This document shows, piece by piece, positions 27,690 through 36,786 of a DNA stretch of 64,000 nt. The stretch lies in the NCBI GenBank assembly GCA_963714385.1, contig CAVQOJ010000001.1, positions 299,399 through 363,398 of the forward strand. Reading direction: 5' to 3'. The DNA is from an uncultured Holophagae bacterium (GTDB lineage Bacteria > Acidobacteriota > Thermoanaerobaculia > Thermoanaerobaculales > Sulfomarinibacteraceae). Below the pieces are notes generated by a model that saw only the letters and a program-made list of their open reading frames with translations, was not told where the DNA came from and searched no databases. The position numbers were made by a program, and so were the translations under genes. Position 1 is the first letter of the stretch; the number at the start of each line of letters is the position of its first letter.

Positions 27690-29954
27690 TCACCCCACCA
27701 TCGAGGTCAGCTGGAACACGTTTTGCAGCCAGAAGACCAGGTGGGTGATCATCTTGGCGGCGGATCTCCGGTCGGCTTCGAGCCTCCTCGAGTTGTTGAG
27801 CGGATCGACGTCCAGGATCATCCGGTTGTCGGGATCGACCTCGGCCGAAACCAGCTTGGCCGGACGAAGTTCGACAAATTTCTTCCAGCGGGAGCGGCCG
27901 TCCCATTCGTGGCGCAGGATCTCTCCGTCGTCGAAGACCAACTCCACCGTGACCGGGTGGATGAATTCGCCCCGTCGCTCCACCACGATTTCGCTGCGGT
28001 ACAGCTTTTCCTCGTCCTCGGCAGCGCTATCCGAGTCGTCTCCAGCTTTGTTGTCATCATCTAGGTCGACGTCGTTTTCGTGGCGGTCGGCGATGCCAAG
28101 CAGAGTCTTCTGGCCGTCTTCGCCCCAGAACCAGCCGACCGGGCCCTTGTGCTTCCGGGAGCGGACCGTCCGAATCCGGTAGTCGAGGCTTCGGTCGGTG
28201 TGGAAGGCCTGGTCAAGGAACCAGCTGAGGTCGGCGTCGGCCTCCTCGAGGATGATCTTCTTGAAATCCTCGGTCGACGGATGGCGGAAGCGCCAGGTCT
28301 GGAAGAACCGCCGCATGGCGCGAGCGAAAGTCTCCTCACCCATGAGGTTTTCGAGGTGGCGCAGGGTCACCGCCGGGCGGGAGTAGCTGTTGAGGCCGTA
28401 GCTGCCGTCGGAACGGTAGGACCACGCCGGCTGGACGATGGAGTCGGTGTAGCGACCGGAGCCGAGCTGGATTCGATTGAGGTCGAAGGGCGAGATTCTC
28501 AGCCCGAAGAGCTGGATCATATACCGGTAGTGCTCCTCGATCACCACCGCCTCGTAAAAGGAGTTGATGCCCTCGTCAATCCACGCCTCTTCGAACTCGT
28601 TGGACGCGATCATTCCCTGGAAGAAGTTGTGGCCGAACTCGTGCACCGTGACCGATTCGGCGGCCAGCACCTCGTCAAAGCCGGGCAGGTTGAGCATTGG
28701 GTGAGTTCCGAGGGTGATGAAGGTCGGGTACTCCATACCCCCGGCTCCCATGCCGCCCCGCGGTGGATCCACCATCGTCAGGGTGTCCCACGGGTAGGCG
28801 CCGAGGGGCAGCCCATAACCCCGGATCGCCGCCTTCGCCGCCTCCATGTAGCGGTCCGCCTGGCCGCGGTGCGCGGGTTGGAGGAGGAGGGTGATGTCCA
28901 CCGGCTGCAGCTTCAGCTCGTCGGAGGAGACACCCAACAACGCCGCCATGCGTTCGGTCTGCTCCTGTGGAACGTCGACGTCGGGATCGAAGCGGTCCTC
29001 GACGACGATGAAATCGGGGCTCGCGGTCCAGGCGAAATCGTGGACCCCGCGTTGGGCAAAATGTGCGATCACCGAGTCGCCGTCGACTCTCTCCTCCAGC
29101 AGTCGTCCGGTGGCCCCGATACCCCCCGCGTACCGGGCGGGCAGTTGGAGGCGCACGTCCCAATCGCCGAAATCGGCGTAAAACTCGCTGGTGGCGTGGA
29201 ATTGGTGGGTGTTCCATCCGGCATCGGGCCGGCCTCGGGCGCCGGTATCCTCAAAGACGCCGATTTTCGGAAACCACTGGCCGCCGAGCACGAAATCGCC
29301 GTGGGCGCCCGTGCGGGCGAAGATCTTCGGCATCTTCGCCTCGAAATCGATCTCGAGCTCGACCCACTCGCCCGGCTGGACCGGTTTGGGCAGGGGATAG
29401 CGCGCGACCGTCCGGTCGTCCTCGTTGCCATCGTCCGGGCTGATGAACTCCTCGACCGATTTGAGATCGGGTCGGTCTTGGAGACTCACCGGTTCAGGTT
29501 CTCCGGGAACGGTGGGCGCGATCGGCCGGTGAAACGGGTCGGCTCCTTCCCCACCCTCGACCACACCCGAGGCGATGAGATCGGTACCGTAGGCCAACCG
29601 CATGGAGTCGACCTCGATCCAGCCCCAGCCCTCTTCCGGGAAGTCGACGCCCCGCAGCTGGCCGCCGGACCCCACCATAAAGGTGCTCCGGTCGTTGGCA
29701 AATGCGTTGAGGTAGAGGTGGAACTGGAGCTCGTCAACCGGGACCGACGATGTGTTCCGCCACCGGATCCGCTCGCTTCCCGTCACCATCTGTTCTTCAG
29801 GCTGGTAGCTGGCGGACAGGCTCACGAGGTAGACCGGTTCGGGCAGCTGAACCTGTGCTCCGATCGGCAACGCGGCTCCAACGATGGTGATCAAGACCAA
29901 TGCCGATCCTCTGATCACGGCAGACTGCATGCGCCCTCCTCTGAGCTTTTCCAC
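27690..29954 (-). CDS. Secreted M1-family (gluzincin) metallopeptidase
   Basis: VHEFGHNFFQGMIASNEFEEAWIDEGINSF is HExxH followed 19 residues later by E in a WIDEG context (M1 pattern HExxH-x18-E). There is an N-terminal signal peptide. Confidence 0.8.
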   Translation of the reverse strand: MEKLRGGRMQSAVIRGSALVLITIVGAALPIGAQVQLPEPVYLVSLSASYQPEEQMVTGSERIRWRNTSSVPVDELQFHLYLNAFANDRSTFMVGSGGQLRGVDFPEEGWGWIEVDSMRLAYGTDLIASGVVEGGEGADPFHRPIAPTVPGEPEPVSLQDRPDLKSVEEFISPDDGNEDDRTVARYPLPKPVQPGEWVELEIDFEAKMPKIFARTGAHGDFVLGGQWFPKIGVFEDTGARGRPDAGWNTHQFHATSEFYADFGDWDVRLQLPARYAGGIGATGRLLEERVDGDSVIAHFAQRGVHDFAWTASPDFIVVEDRFDPDVDVPQEQTERMAALLGVSSDELKLQPVDITLLLQPAHRGQADRYMEAAKAAIRGYGLPLGAYPWDTLTMVDPPRGGMGAGGMEYPTFITLGTHPMLNLPGFDEVLAAESVTVHEFGHNFFQGMIASNEFEEAWIDEGINSFYEAVVIEEHYRYMIQLFGLRISPFDLNRIQLGSGRYTDSIVQPAWSYRSDGSYGLNSYSRPAVTLRHLENLMGEETFARAMRRFFQTWRFRHPSTEDFKKIILEEADADLSWFLDQAFHTDRSLDYRIRTVRSRKHKGPVGWFWGEDGQKTLLGIADRHENDVDLDDDNKAGDDSDSAAEDEEKLYRSEIVVERRGEFIHPVTVELVFDDGEILRHEWDGRSRWKKFVELRPAKLVSAEVDPDNRMILDVDPLNNSRRLEADRRSAAKMITHLVFWLQNVFQLTSMVG

Positions 29955-30068
29955 AAAGACAACGCGCCCCGGCGGTGAGAGGTTAACTTCCGGGGGGTCG
30001 TGCCAAATTGTACCCCGCCGTGTCCCGAGGCCGACACTGTCGATACTTTGAAATCCCGCGGGGGACGT

Positions 30069-30338
30069 CTAGTTCTCGATCCCACTCCAATCCACCACTT
30101 CCCCCACCCAGGCGTGGTGGGGGGTGTAGAGCAGGCCGTGTCCGAGACCCAATTCGAGAACAACAACCCGGCTCTCGGTCACGCCTTCGTTATCCCTGAA
30201 GTAGAGGTCCGGATTCACCCCGGTGCTGTCGGCGCTGTCGTGCACACAAAGCACCGCCCCATACGGCCGTAGGTTCGGATCGGTCGCCGCGGATGCAAAC
30301 AAGCCCACACAACCGATCTGAGAGGTACCATGCACCAT
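30069..30338 (-). CDS. Small hypothetical protein (89 aa)
   Basis: ORF in the 450-bp gap between DoxX and the M1 peptidase. No clear RBS. Weak support. Confidence 0.25.
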   Translation of the reverse strand: MVHGTSQIGCVGLFASAATDPNLRPYGAVLCVHDSADSTGVNPDLYFRDNEGVTESRVVVLELGLGHGLLYTPHHAWVGEVVDWSGIEN

Positions 30339-30406
30339 TATTGCACTGTGACTCTTGGGCGGACTGGGCCGAGCGCCGATGTTCGGTTAACAAAAGACGG
30401 GGGCCC

Positions 30407-30844
30407 CTACCTCGACCGCGCACCGAAAAGCATGCGATCCAGCGACAGACGGCCCGGTCCAACGGCGATCAGCACCAGCGAGATCGAGAGGTAGACCGCC
30501 GCGAGCTCGTACGAGCCACCGCCGCCGGCCGCCACGAACGGGTCGCCGCGCATGACGGCGTGGAAGTAGACGGCAACCGCCATGGTGCACCCCACGCCAA
30601 GCGATGCGAACGGAACCAGCAGGCCGAGAACCAACGCCAGCCCGCCGCCGAACTCGGACAGCGCGGCGAGCGCCTGAAAGAACCCGGGCGCGAACGAGTC
30701 GGGCCCCATCCAGCCGAAGGGGTTCTGGATCTTGCCCCACCCGTGGATCATGAACGCGACACCGCCAACTGTGCGGATCAGCAGCAGCGTGACATCGGCA
30801 AAGGCGGTGGTGCGGGCCACTGACAACGATCTCTTGAAATTCAT
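30407..30844 (-). CDS. DoxX family membrane protein
   Basis: 145 aa with four hydrophobic helices. Matches the DoxX pattern (TVGGVAFMIHGWGK...FGGGLALVLGLLVP...VAVYFHA). Confidence 0.8.
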   Translation of the reverse strand: MNFKRSLSVARTTAFADVTLLLIRTVGGVAFMIHGWGKIQNPFGWMGPDSFAPGFFQALAALSEFGGGLALVLGLLVPFASLGVGCTMAVAVYFHAVMRGDPFVAAGGGGSYELAAVYLSISLVLIAVGPGRLSLDRMLFGARSR

Positions 30845-31052
30845 GACGCCTCCATTTTGAGCCCCTGATTCTGTGGGTGCCCTCTTCGCTCAACACGCGA
30901 AGGCTCGGAGTTGTTTCTCATCGTGGTTCTCGTGCGGGTAGAAAAGCGAAACCCACCATACACCGTGATGAGGCCTTGACAAATCCCAATCAAGAATGTA
31001 TTAATACACTATGACAATAGTTCACTAGGACAATGATACAAAGGAGCGGCGA

Positions 31053-31430
31053 GTGTCCATCCAGATTCACATCGATGTCAAGAGCGGCGTTCCCTTCTAC
31101 CGCCAGATCATCGACCAGGTGAAGGCAGCCATCGCGACCGAGGCCATCGCGGCCGGCGACCGCCTGCCGACGGTCCGCCAACTGGCGGTCGACCTGTCCA
31201 TCAACCCGAACACGGTCAGCCGCGCCTACACCGAGCTCGAGCTCACCGGTCTGGTGGAGACTCAGATGGGGTCAGGGACCTTCGTCGGCAACAGGCCCGT
31301 CGAGCGGGACGATGTGGAGCGTCGGCGTCTACTCGACCAGTTCTGCCAGGAGTTTCTGTCGCGGGTCTCGACCCACGGCTTCACCCTCGACGACGTTCTT
31401 TCGAATCTCGAACAACGCCGAAAACGCTGA
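31053..31430 (+). CDS. GntR-family transcriptional regulator (short YtrA-like type)
   Basis: GTG start with AAAGGAG upstream. The HTH is GDRLPTVRQLAVDLSINPNTVSRAYTELE, followed by a short C-terminal helix region. Confidence 0.85.
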   Translation: MSIQIHIDVKSGVPFYRQIIDQVKAAIATEAIAAGDRLPTVRQLAVDLSINPNTVSRAYTELELTGLVETQMGSGTFVGNRPVERDDVERRRLLDQFCQEFLSRVSTHGFTLDDVLSNLEQRRKR

Positions 31431-31445
31431 CACAAGGAGACTGCA

Positions 31446-32555
31446 ATGAACAAGCTGAGCCAAATGAAGTTGGACGCTCTTGAGAGGTTTGCGACCTCGT
31501 TCAGAGCTGATTTTCGCTTCGCGCCGCTGAACATCATGATCCTGGTGGGAGTATGTCTGGCGGGTCTTTCGGTCCACCTGGCCGTGTTCCCGTTCCGTCT
31601 CGAGGCGGTGATCACCATGATCGGCGTTGCCCTCGGTCTCGCCGTGGTGTTCCGGCTCTTCCAGGTCTGGGAGTCGGTGGTCGTGTTTACGACCGGAGCC
31701 GCACTGTTGACCTACCTCAACCACCGACCCGAGGCATTGGTCCTGGTGATCGCGGTCGTCGTCGCCGGCCTGATCTCACCATGCCTGCAGATGGCCTACC
31801 AGTGGGAGCGGGCGGTGGTTCTGCGCTTCGGGCGGTTCCGAGGTCTCCGTGGATCGGGGTTGTTTGCGGTGTTCCCGGTCATCGACAAGGTCGCCAACTA
31901 CGTCGACCAGCGGATCCGCGTGACCGACTTCAAGGCCGAGACCACCCTCACGAAGGACACCGTGCCGGTCAACGTCGACGCCATCGCCTTCTGGATGGTG
32001 TGGGACGCCGAGAAGTCGGTGCTCGAAGTCGAGGACTTCGAGGTTGCGGTCACCCTGTCGGCGCAGACGGGCCTGCGCGACTCCATCGGTCGCCACGAGC
32101 TTGGCGACATGCTCTCCAACCGCGACCGGCTGGGTCGTGAAATCCAGGCGGTGCTCGACGCCAAGACCAATGCATGGGGCATCACGGTCCAGTCGGTGGA
32201 GATCCGCGACATCATCATCCCGAAAGAGCTCGAGGACGCCATGAGCCGTCAGGCCCAGGCGGAGCGAGAGCGCCAGTCGCGGATCATCCTGTCCAAGGCC
32301 GAGGAAGAGATCGCCGAGAGCTTTTCGAGGGCCTCGGAGCACTACAAGCACAACCAGGCGGCCCTCCATCTACGGGCTATGAACATGGTCTTCGAGGGCC
32401 TCAAGAAGAAGGGCTCGATGATCATCGTGCCATCCACCGCGGTCGAAACCATGGGCCTCGGCGCGATGGGCGGGCTGACCGCCTTCGACCGGATCCTCGA
32501 AGCGGGTGAGAGCGAGGTTGACGCCGGTTCGACGGATCGGAAGGCTGAGGAGTGA
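31446..32555 (+). CDS. SPFH/Band-7 domain protein (stomatin/prohibitin-like) with an N-terminal membrane region
   Basis: Starts 13 nt after the GntR stop. The SPFH core is VDQRIRVTDFKAETTLTKDTVPVNVDAIAFW...ITVQSVEIRDIIIPKELEDAM...AQAERERQ. Confidence 0.85.
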   Translation: MNKLSQMKLDALERFATSFRADFRFAPLNIMILVGVCLAGLSVHLAVFPFRLEAVITMIGVALGLAVVFRLFQVWESVVVFTTGAALLTYLNHRPEALVLVIAVVVAGLISPCLQMAYQWERAVVLRFGRFRGLRGSGLFAVFPVIDKVANYVDQRIRVTDFKAETTLTKDTVPVNVDAIAFWMVWDAEKSVLEVEDFEVAVTLSAQTGLRDSIGRHELGDMLSNRDRLGREIQAVLDAKTNAWGITVQSVEIRDIIIPKELEDAMSRQAQAERERQSRIILSKAEEEIAESFSRASEHYKHNQAALHLRAMNMVFEGLKKKGSMIIVPSTAVETMGLGAMGGLTAFDRILEAGESEVDAGSTDRKAEE

Positions 32556-32559
32556 CGTC

Positions 32560-32655
32560 ATGTGGGTCAACGACGAACCCTCTGCACGATCGACGTGGGT
32601 TGCCGGCCTCGTCCTGCTGATCGTGCTGGCGGCTGTGGCTCTGTTGTCGCCTTAG
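32560..32655 (+). CDS. Putative 31-aa single-TM peptide immediately downstream of the SPFH gene
   Basis: Reads MWVNDEPSARSTWVAGLVLLIVLAAVALLSP*. GAGGAG lies 7 nt upstream. It starts 5 nt after the SPFH stop. Below the ORF-track cut-off, so speculative. Confidence 0.3.
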   Translation: MWVNDEPSARSTWVAGLVLLIVLAAVALLSP

Positions 32656-32739
32656 CCGATGGGAACGGTGGACGAAACCGCAGCGAGGTGTCGGCTTGGT
32701 CGTGGCTGACAGCCACTAACGAACATACGGAGGAAAGAC

Positions 32740-32940
32740 ATGAATGCTCGAAGCTATTTGGCCGTCTCTGGTGCTGTCTTTGGAATTGTCGCCGTCCTGC
32801 ATTTGCTACGAGTCGTCAACGGGTGGGCCGTCTTGGTGGGACCGTGGTCAGCCCCGATGGAGGTTTCGTGGTTTGGCACGATCTTCCCAGCTGTTTTGTG
32901 TGTGTGGGCTTTTCGATTGGCATCAAGGGTTCGGGCCTGA
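32740..32940 (+). CDS. Small membrane protein (66 aa, 2 TM), hypothetical
   Basis: GGAGGA lies 6 nt upstream of the ATG. Hydrophobic segments are AVSGAVFGIVAVLHLL and WFGTIFPAVLCVWAF. Local GC is lower. Confidence 0.45.
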   Translation: MNARSYLAVSGAVFGIVAVLHLLRVVNGWAVLVGPWSAPMEVSWFGTIFPAVLCVWAFRLASRVRA

Positions 32941-33042
32941 ATCAGCGGACTCAGATTCCACCACACGAGAATGCACCTCTTTGTTTGGACTTCTCGAAGA
33001 AATCAACCGGTATCTAAGGCCAGACACCCATATTCCGGCACC

Positions 33043-34067
33043 CTAGTCGACCACCAGCGGGTTGGCGGGGTCGGCGGCCCATTCCTGGAGTGAGGCGGTG
33101 TAGACGGCGACGTCGGTGAAGCCGAGTCGGGTCAGGATGAAGGCGTCGGATGATGCGGCAATCCCGCCGCCGCAGTAGGTGATGACGCGGGCGTTGCGAT
33201 CGCCATCGAAGATTGCGGCCAATTCGTCGTGCGGCCGGTAGCGACCCGATTCGTCGAGTAGCGACATGGAGGGCGATGTTCGAGGCGCCGGGGATATGGC
33301 CGGGTCGGTCGTAGAAGACCATCTCACCCCGAAAGTGGGGTTCGGGCATTGCGTCGATGAGGAAGACGGCGTCGGTCGTCGATGGCGGCGAGCACCTCGT
33401 CCCGGTCGGCGATCAGCTCCGGTCGGGGAGCGGGGGTGAGTCGTTTCGCAGGTCGGGTGGCCGGCTCCGTCGACAGCGGTCGACCCTCGGCGGTCCAGGC
33501 CCCCAGCCCGCCGTCGAGCAACGCCGCTCGGTCAAATCCGACCCAGCGCAGCATCCACCAGACACGGGCGGCCCAGCCCGCCATGTTCCCGTCGTACAGC
33601 ACCACTCGGGAATCGTCGCCGACACCCAGTGCGCCCATGGCGGCACAGAATTGCTCCGGTGTCGGCACGGCGAACTTGAGCGGGCTGTCGCCGTCGGACA
33701 GATCACCCATGAGATCAGCGAAACCGGCGGACGGAATGTGGCCGCCCTCGTAGTCGGCCCGACCACTCACCGTCCGGACGCTACCGTCCTCGTCCATTTC
33801 TACGCGGACGGTGCAGTCGAGCACCACCAGATCCGGGTCATCGAGGTGCTGGCTCAGCCACTCCGTCGTCACCAGCGTGTCCATCACGGGCGCGGGCTGG
33901 TCGGCGGTTTGGGCGATGGTGACTTCGGGCTGTGACGCCGGACTCGCACAGCCAGAGATGACCGCCAATGCTGCGATCAGGATGACGAGTTTTCGTGAGC
34001 AATCATGATACGGCATGGTCCCTCCCGGTTGTGAAAGTGAACGGATCACGGGTGCCACCATCACCAT
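33043..34067 (-). pseudogene. Two-domain rhodanese (thiosulfate/3-mercaptopyruvate sulfurtransferase) lipoprotein, disrupted by at least 2 frameshifts
   Basis: N-terminal domain is ORF 33324-34067 (lipobox ISGC; rhodanese domain 1). The C-terminal domain with the active-site loop YCGGGIAAS is ORF 33043-33327. The conserved GHIPGASNI motif lies in a third frame (ORF 33014-33349). Confidence 0.6.
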
Positions 34068-34211
34068 TGTTGCACTTCAGAGGGGTGCCAGCGAAGCAGA
34101 CTCCTTGACGCGCAGACCTCACCGGCCTTCCGTTGCGGGGTTCTCGCCATAATCCCGCCTTATCAGATGGGAAGAGCGTGAATCCCCGGATTGAAATAAC
34201 GGGAGGGAATC

Positions 34212-34877
34212 ATGAAACGAACGATTGTTGTTCTGGGATTGATCGCCATCTGCGGAATGTTCGCGGCCCCGGCCTTTGCCGGCGAATCGGGCTGGCACCT
34301 TCGGGTCTTCGCAGCCGGAATCGACCCCAACCTGAACGAGGTGGTGCCGTCCGAAAACCCGGACGAGGTGCAGGTGATCGGTGAGAGTGATCTCGGTTTT
34401 GGTGCCAGCCTCGAGTATCAATTCAGCGACCGGATCGGGGTCGAGCTCGGGGGAGTCTGGGCCAGCCCGGAGGTCGAGCTGAGCGCCGAAATCCCGGGAT
34501 ACGGCCACCTGTCACTCAAGGACGCGATGTCGACCCGGGTGGTCACCCTCGACCTCGACGTTCACCTGACGCCGAACAGCCCCGCATTCGACCTCTACCT
34601 CGGCGCCGGCATCGCAAAGGTGGACTTCGACAATCTCCATTACGTCGATCCCGACGGCGATCCCCTGTATATCAACACCGACGGTGAATACACTTGGTCC
34701 GCAAAGGCTGGCGTTGAAATCGCCCTGGGCAAGAACAGCCGGTGGGCGGCGATCGGCGGCCTCCGCTACATCGATGCCGACGTCGAGCTGACCAATGAGG
34801 ACGATACCGAGGGAAACAGGGCGACTCTTCCCTACGACATCTTCTCGTTCAGCGTCGGCATCGCCTATAGCTTCTAG
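34212..34877 (+). CDS. Outer-membrane beta-barrel protein (OmpW-like)
   Basis: Signal peptide MKRTIVVLGLIAICGMFAAPAFA. It has alternating amphipathic strands and a C-terminal aromatic residue (..GIAYSF*). Confidence 0.7.
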   Translation: MKRTIVVLGLIAICGMFAAPAFAGESGWHLRVFAAGIDPNLNEVVPSENPDEVQVIGESDLGFGASLEYQFSDRIGVELGGVWASPEVELSAEIPGYGHLSLKDAMSTRVVTLDLDVHLTPNSPAFDLYLGAGIAKVDFDNLHYVDPDGDPLYINTDGEYTWSAKAGVEIALGKNSRWAAIGGLRYIDADVELTNEDDTEGNRATLPYDIFSFSVGIAYSF

Positions 34878-35052
34878 CCCGCAGGTCTCGCCGGGTTTCG
34901 CAAGGAAGGTGGAGACACCGACGCCTGGTCGGAAACGGTGCCCTGATTCCCGCCGCCCCCGGGTGCCCTGTACCGATATTGCCCCCCGAGGTTGTCAACC
35001 AAAATCCCCCACGATACGTTTATTCAGGAACGAGTCCCGTTATTGGACCGTG

Positions 35053-36774
35053 ATGAAGAAGGGCGGTGGCATGAAGAACGAGCTTCAGGACGCGTCGTGG
35101 CGTCCGACACCCCCGCAACATCTCGCGGAGGTGCTGGGTCACGAGGTTCACACCGGGTGGGGTGCGCCCTTTTCATTGGAGCCGCTGTCCAAGAGGCTCC
35201 GGGCCACGCCCCTGCGAAGCGGGTTCGGCTACAGCCAACAGCAGCCGGAGGTACTGGCCTCGGTGCCGCCGCTCGAGGCGTTGGTCTTCAGCCGTGCTGC
35301 GTTCGGCGCCACGCCGGCTGACGTCGCGACCTTTCGCAGCCTGGGCTCGACGCCACGCCAGCAGCTCGAGGCATGGGTGGACTGGCAGCTCGAGCCCGAC
35401 GTCATCGATGACGGCGAGCTGGAAACCCGGCTGGCGCAGTCACACTACGAGACCCTCGACAAGACCCTCGAGGAACTGTGGACCGACCACCTGCTCGAGC
35501 AGGAGGACATCAACTACCGGATGCTGCCGATCGTCGAGGCGCAGCACGCGGTGATGCTCAGGGCGATCTACAGCCGACGCCAGCTGACCGAGGTGCTGGC
35601 CGACTTCTGGCACAACCACTTCAACGTCTACGGCTATCACTTCTTTGTCGGTCCGGTCTTTGTCCACTACGACCGCGACGTGATTCGCCGCCACAGCCTC
35701 GGCAACTTCCGCCAGTTCCTCGAGGACATGACCGCCTCGCCGGCGATGCTCTTCTACCTCGACAACGTCTTCAGCTCGGCCGACGGACCGAACGAGAACT
35801 TCGCCCGAGAAGTGCTCGAGCTCCACACTCTGGGTGAGGAGAACTACTACGGCGCCATTCCTTCCAGTGAAGTGCCGACCGATGCCGACGGCATCCCATT
35901 GGGCTACACCGACGAGGACGTTCGCGAGCTCGCGCGCTGCCTGACGGGGTGGTCACTCGACGAGCGGGCCGGCGGTTTCCTCTACCGCTGGTACTGGCAC
36001 GACAACCGCTCGAAACAGGTCCTCGGTCTGACTCTGCCGAGTTACCAGCCGCCGCTCAAGGACGTACGTGACGTCCTCGACCTGCTGGCCGGCCACCCCG
36101 GGGTCGCTCGATTCGTGTGCAACAAGCTGTGCCGCCGGTTAATCGCCGATGATCCACCGTCATCGCTGGTCGATGCTGCCGCCGCGGTGTTCCTGGACTC
36201 CGTCGACGAGCCGGATCAGCTGCGACGGGTAGTTCGCGCCATCCTGTTGTCGGACGAGTTCGTCGATACCTGGGGCGACAAGGTGAGACGACCGTTCGAG
36301 CTGGTCATCAGCGCGGTCCGCTCGATGGCTCCCGATTTCAGCCTTCCCCTCGGCGAGACCTTCAGCCGCTACTTCTTCTACCTGCTCTACACCACCGGGA
36401 ACCTGCCATACACCTGGCCGCCGCCTACCGGATTTCCGGATCGCAAAGAGGTCTGGCTGACCACCAACGCGCTGGTCACCAGCTGGCGGCTGATCAACCT
36501 GCTGGCCGGCGTCGAGATTCAGGGCTGGCGGCCGTGCGATCTGGCCGGCTCGACCCCCGCCGATCTCCGCGCGGCGGCGGAGCTCGCTGATTATTGGATC
36601 GATCGGACGCTGCTGCGCTCGATCGACGACACGTCGCGGAACGAGATCAGCGACTTCATGGCCCAGGGTGCAGACCCCGGCGCCCCGCTCGATCGTTCGG
36701 ATCCCGGCGTGTCCGACCGGCTTCGGTCGATGGCTGGTCTGATCCTGTTGTCGCCCCACTTTCTGTGGCGCTGA
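35053..36774 (+). CDS. DUF1800 family protein
   Basis: 573 aa with the typical DUF1800 blocks (WHNHFNV, LDN..S, HTLGE..YT..DV.E.AR..TGW). It immediately precedes a DUF1501 gene, which is the canonical pairing. Confidence 0.7.
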   Translation: MKKGGGMKNELQDASWRPTPPQHLAEVLGHEVHTGWGAPFSLEPLSKRLRATPLRSGFGYSQQQPEVLASVPPLEALVFSRAAFGATPADVATFRSLGSTPRQQLEAWVDWQLEPDVIDDGELETRLAQSHYETLDKTLEELWTDHLLEQEDINYRMLPIVEAQHAVMLRAIYSRRQLTEVLADFWHNHFNVYGYHFFVGPVFVHYDRDVIRRHSLGNFRQFLEDMTASPAMLFYLDNVFSSADGPNENFAREVLELHTLGEENYYGAIPSSEVPTDADGIPLGYTDEDVRELARCLTGWSLDERAGGFLYRWYWHDNRSKQVLGLTLPSYQPPLKDVRDVLDLLAGHPGVARFVCNKLCRRLIADDPPSSLVDAAAAVFLDSVDEPDQLRRVVRAILLSDEFVDTWGDKVRRPFELVISAVRSMAPDFSLPLGETFSRYFFYLLYTTGNLPYTWPPPTGFPDRKEVWLTTNALVTSWRLINLLAGVEIQGWRPCDLAGSTPADLRAAAELADYWIDRTLLRSIDDTSRNEISDFMAQGADPGAPLDRSDPGVSDRLRSMAGLILLSPHFLWR

Positions 36775-36786
36775 GGAGAAACGCCG

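Noticed and set aside
28080-29978. 632-aa + strand ORF
   Set aside because: Antisense to the M1 peptidase gene (HExxH...E in the minus frame).
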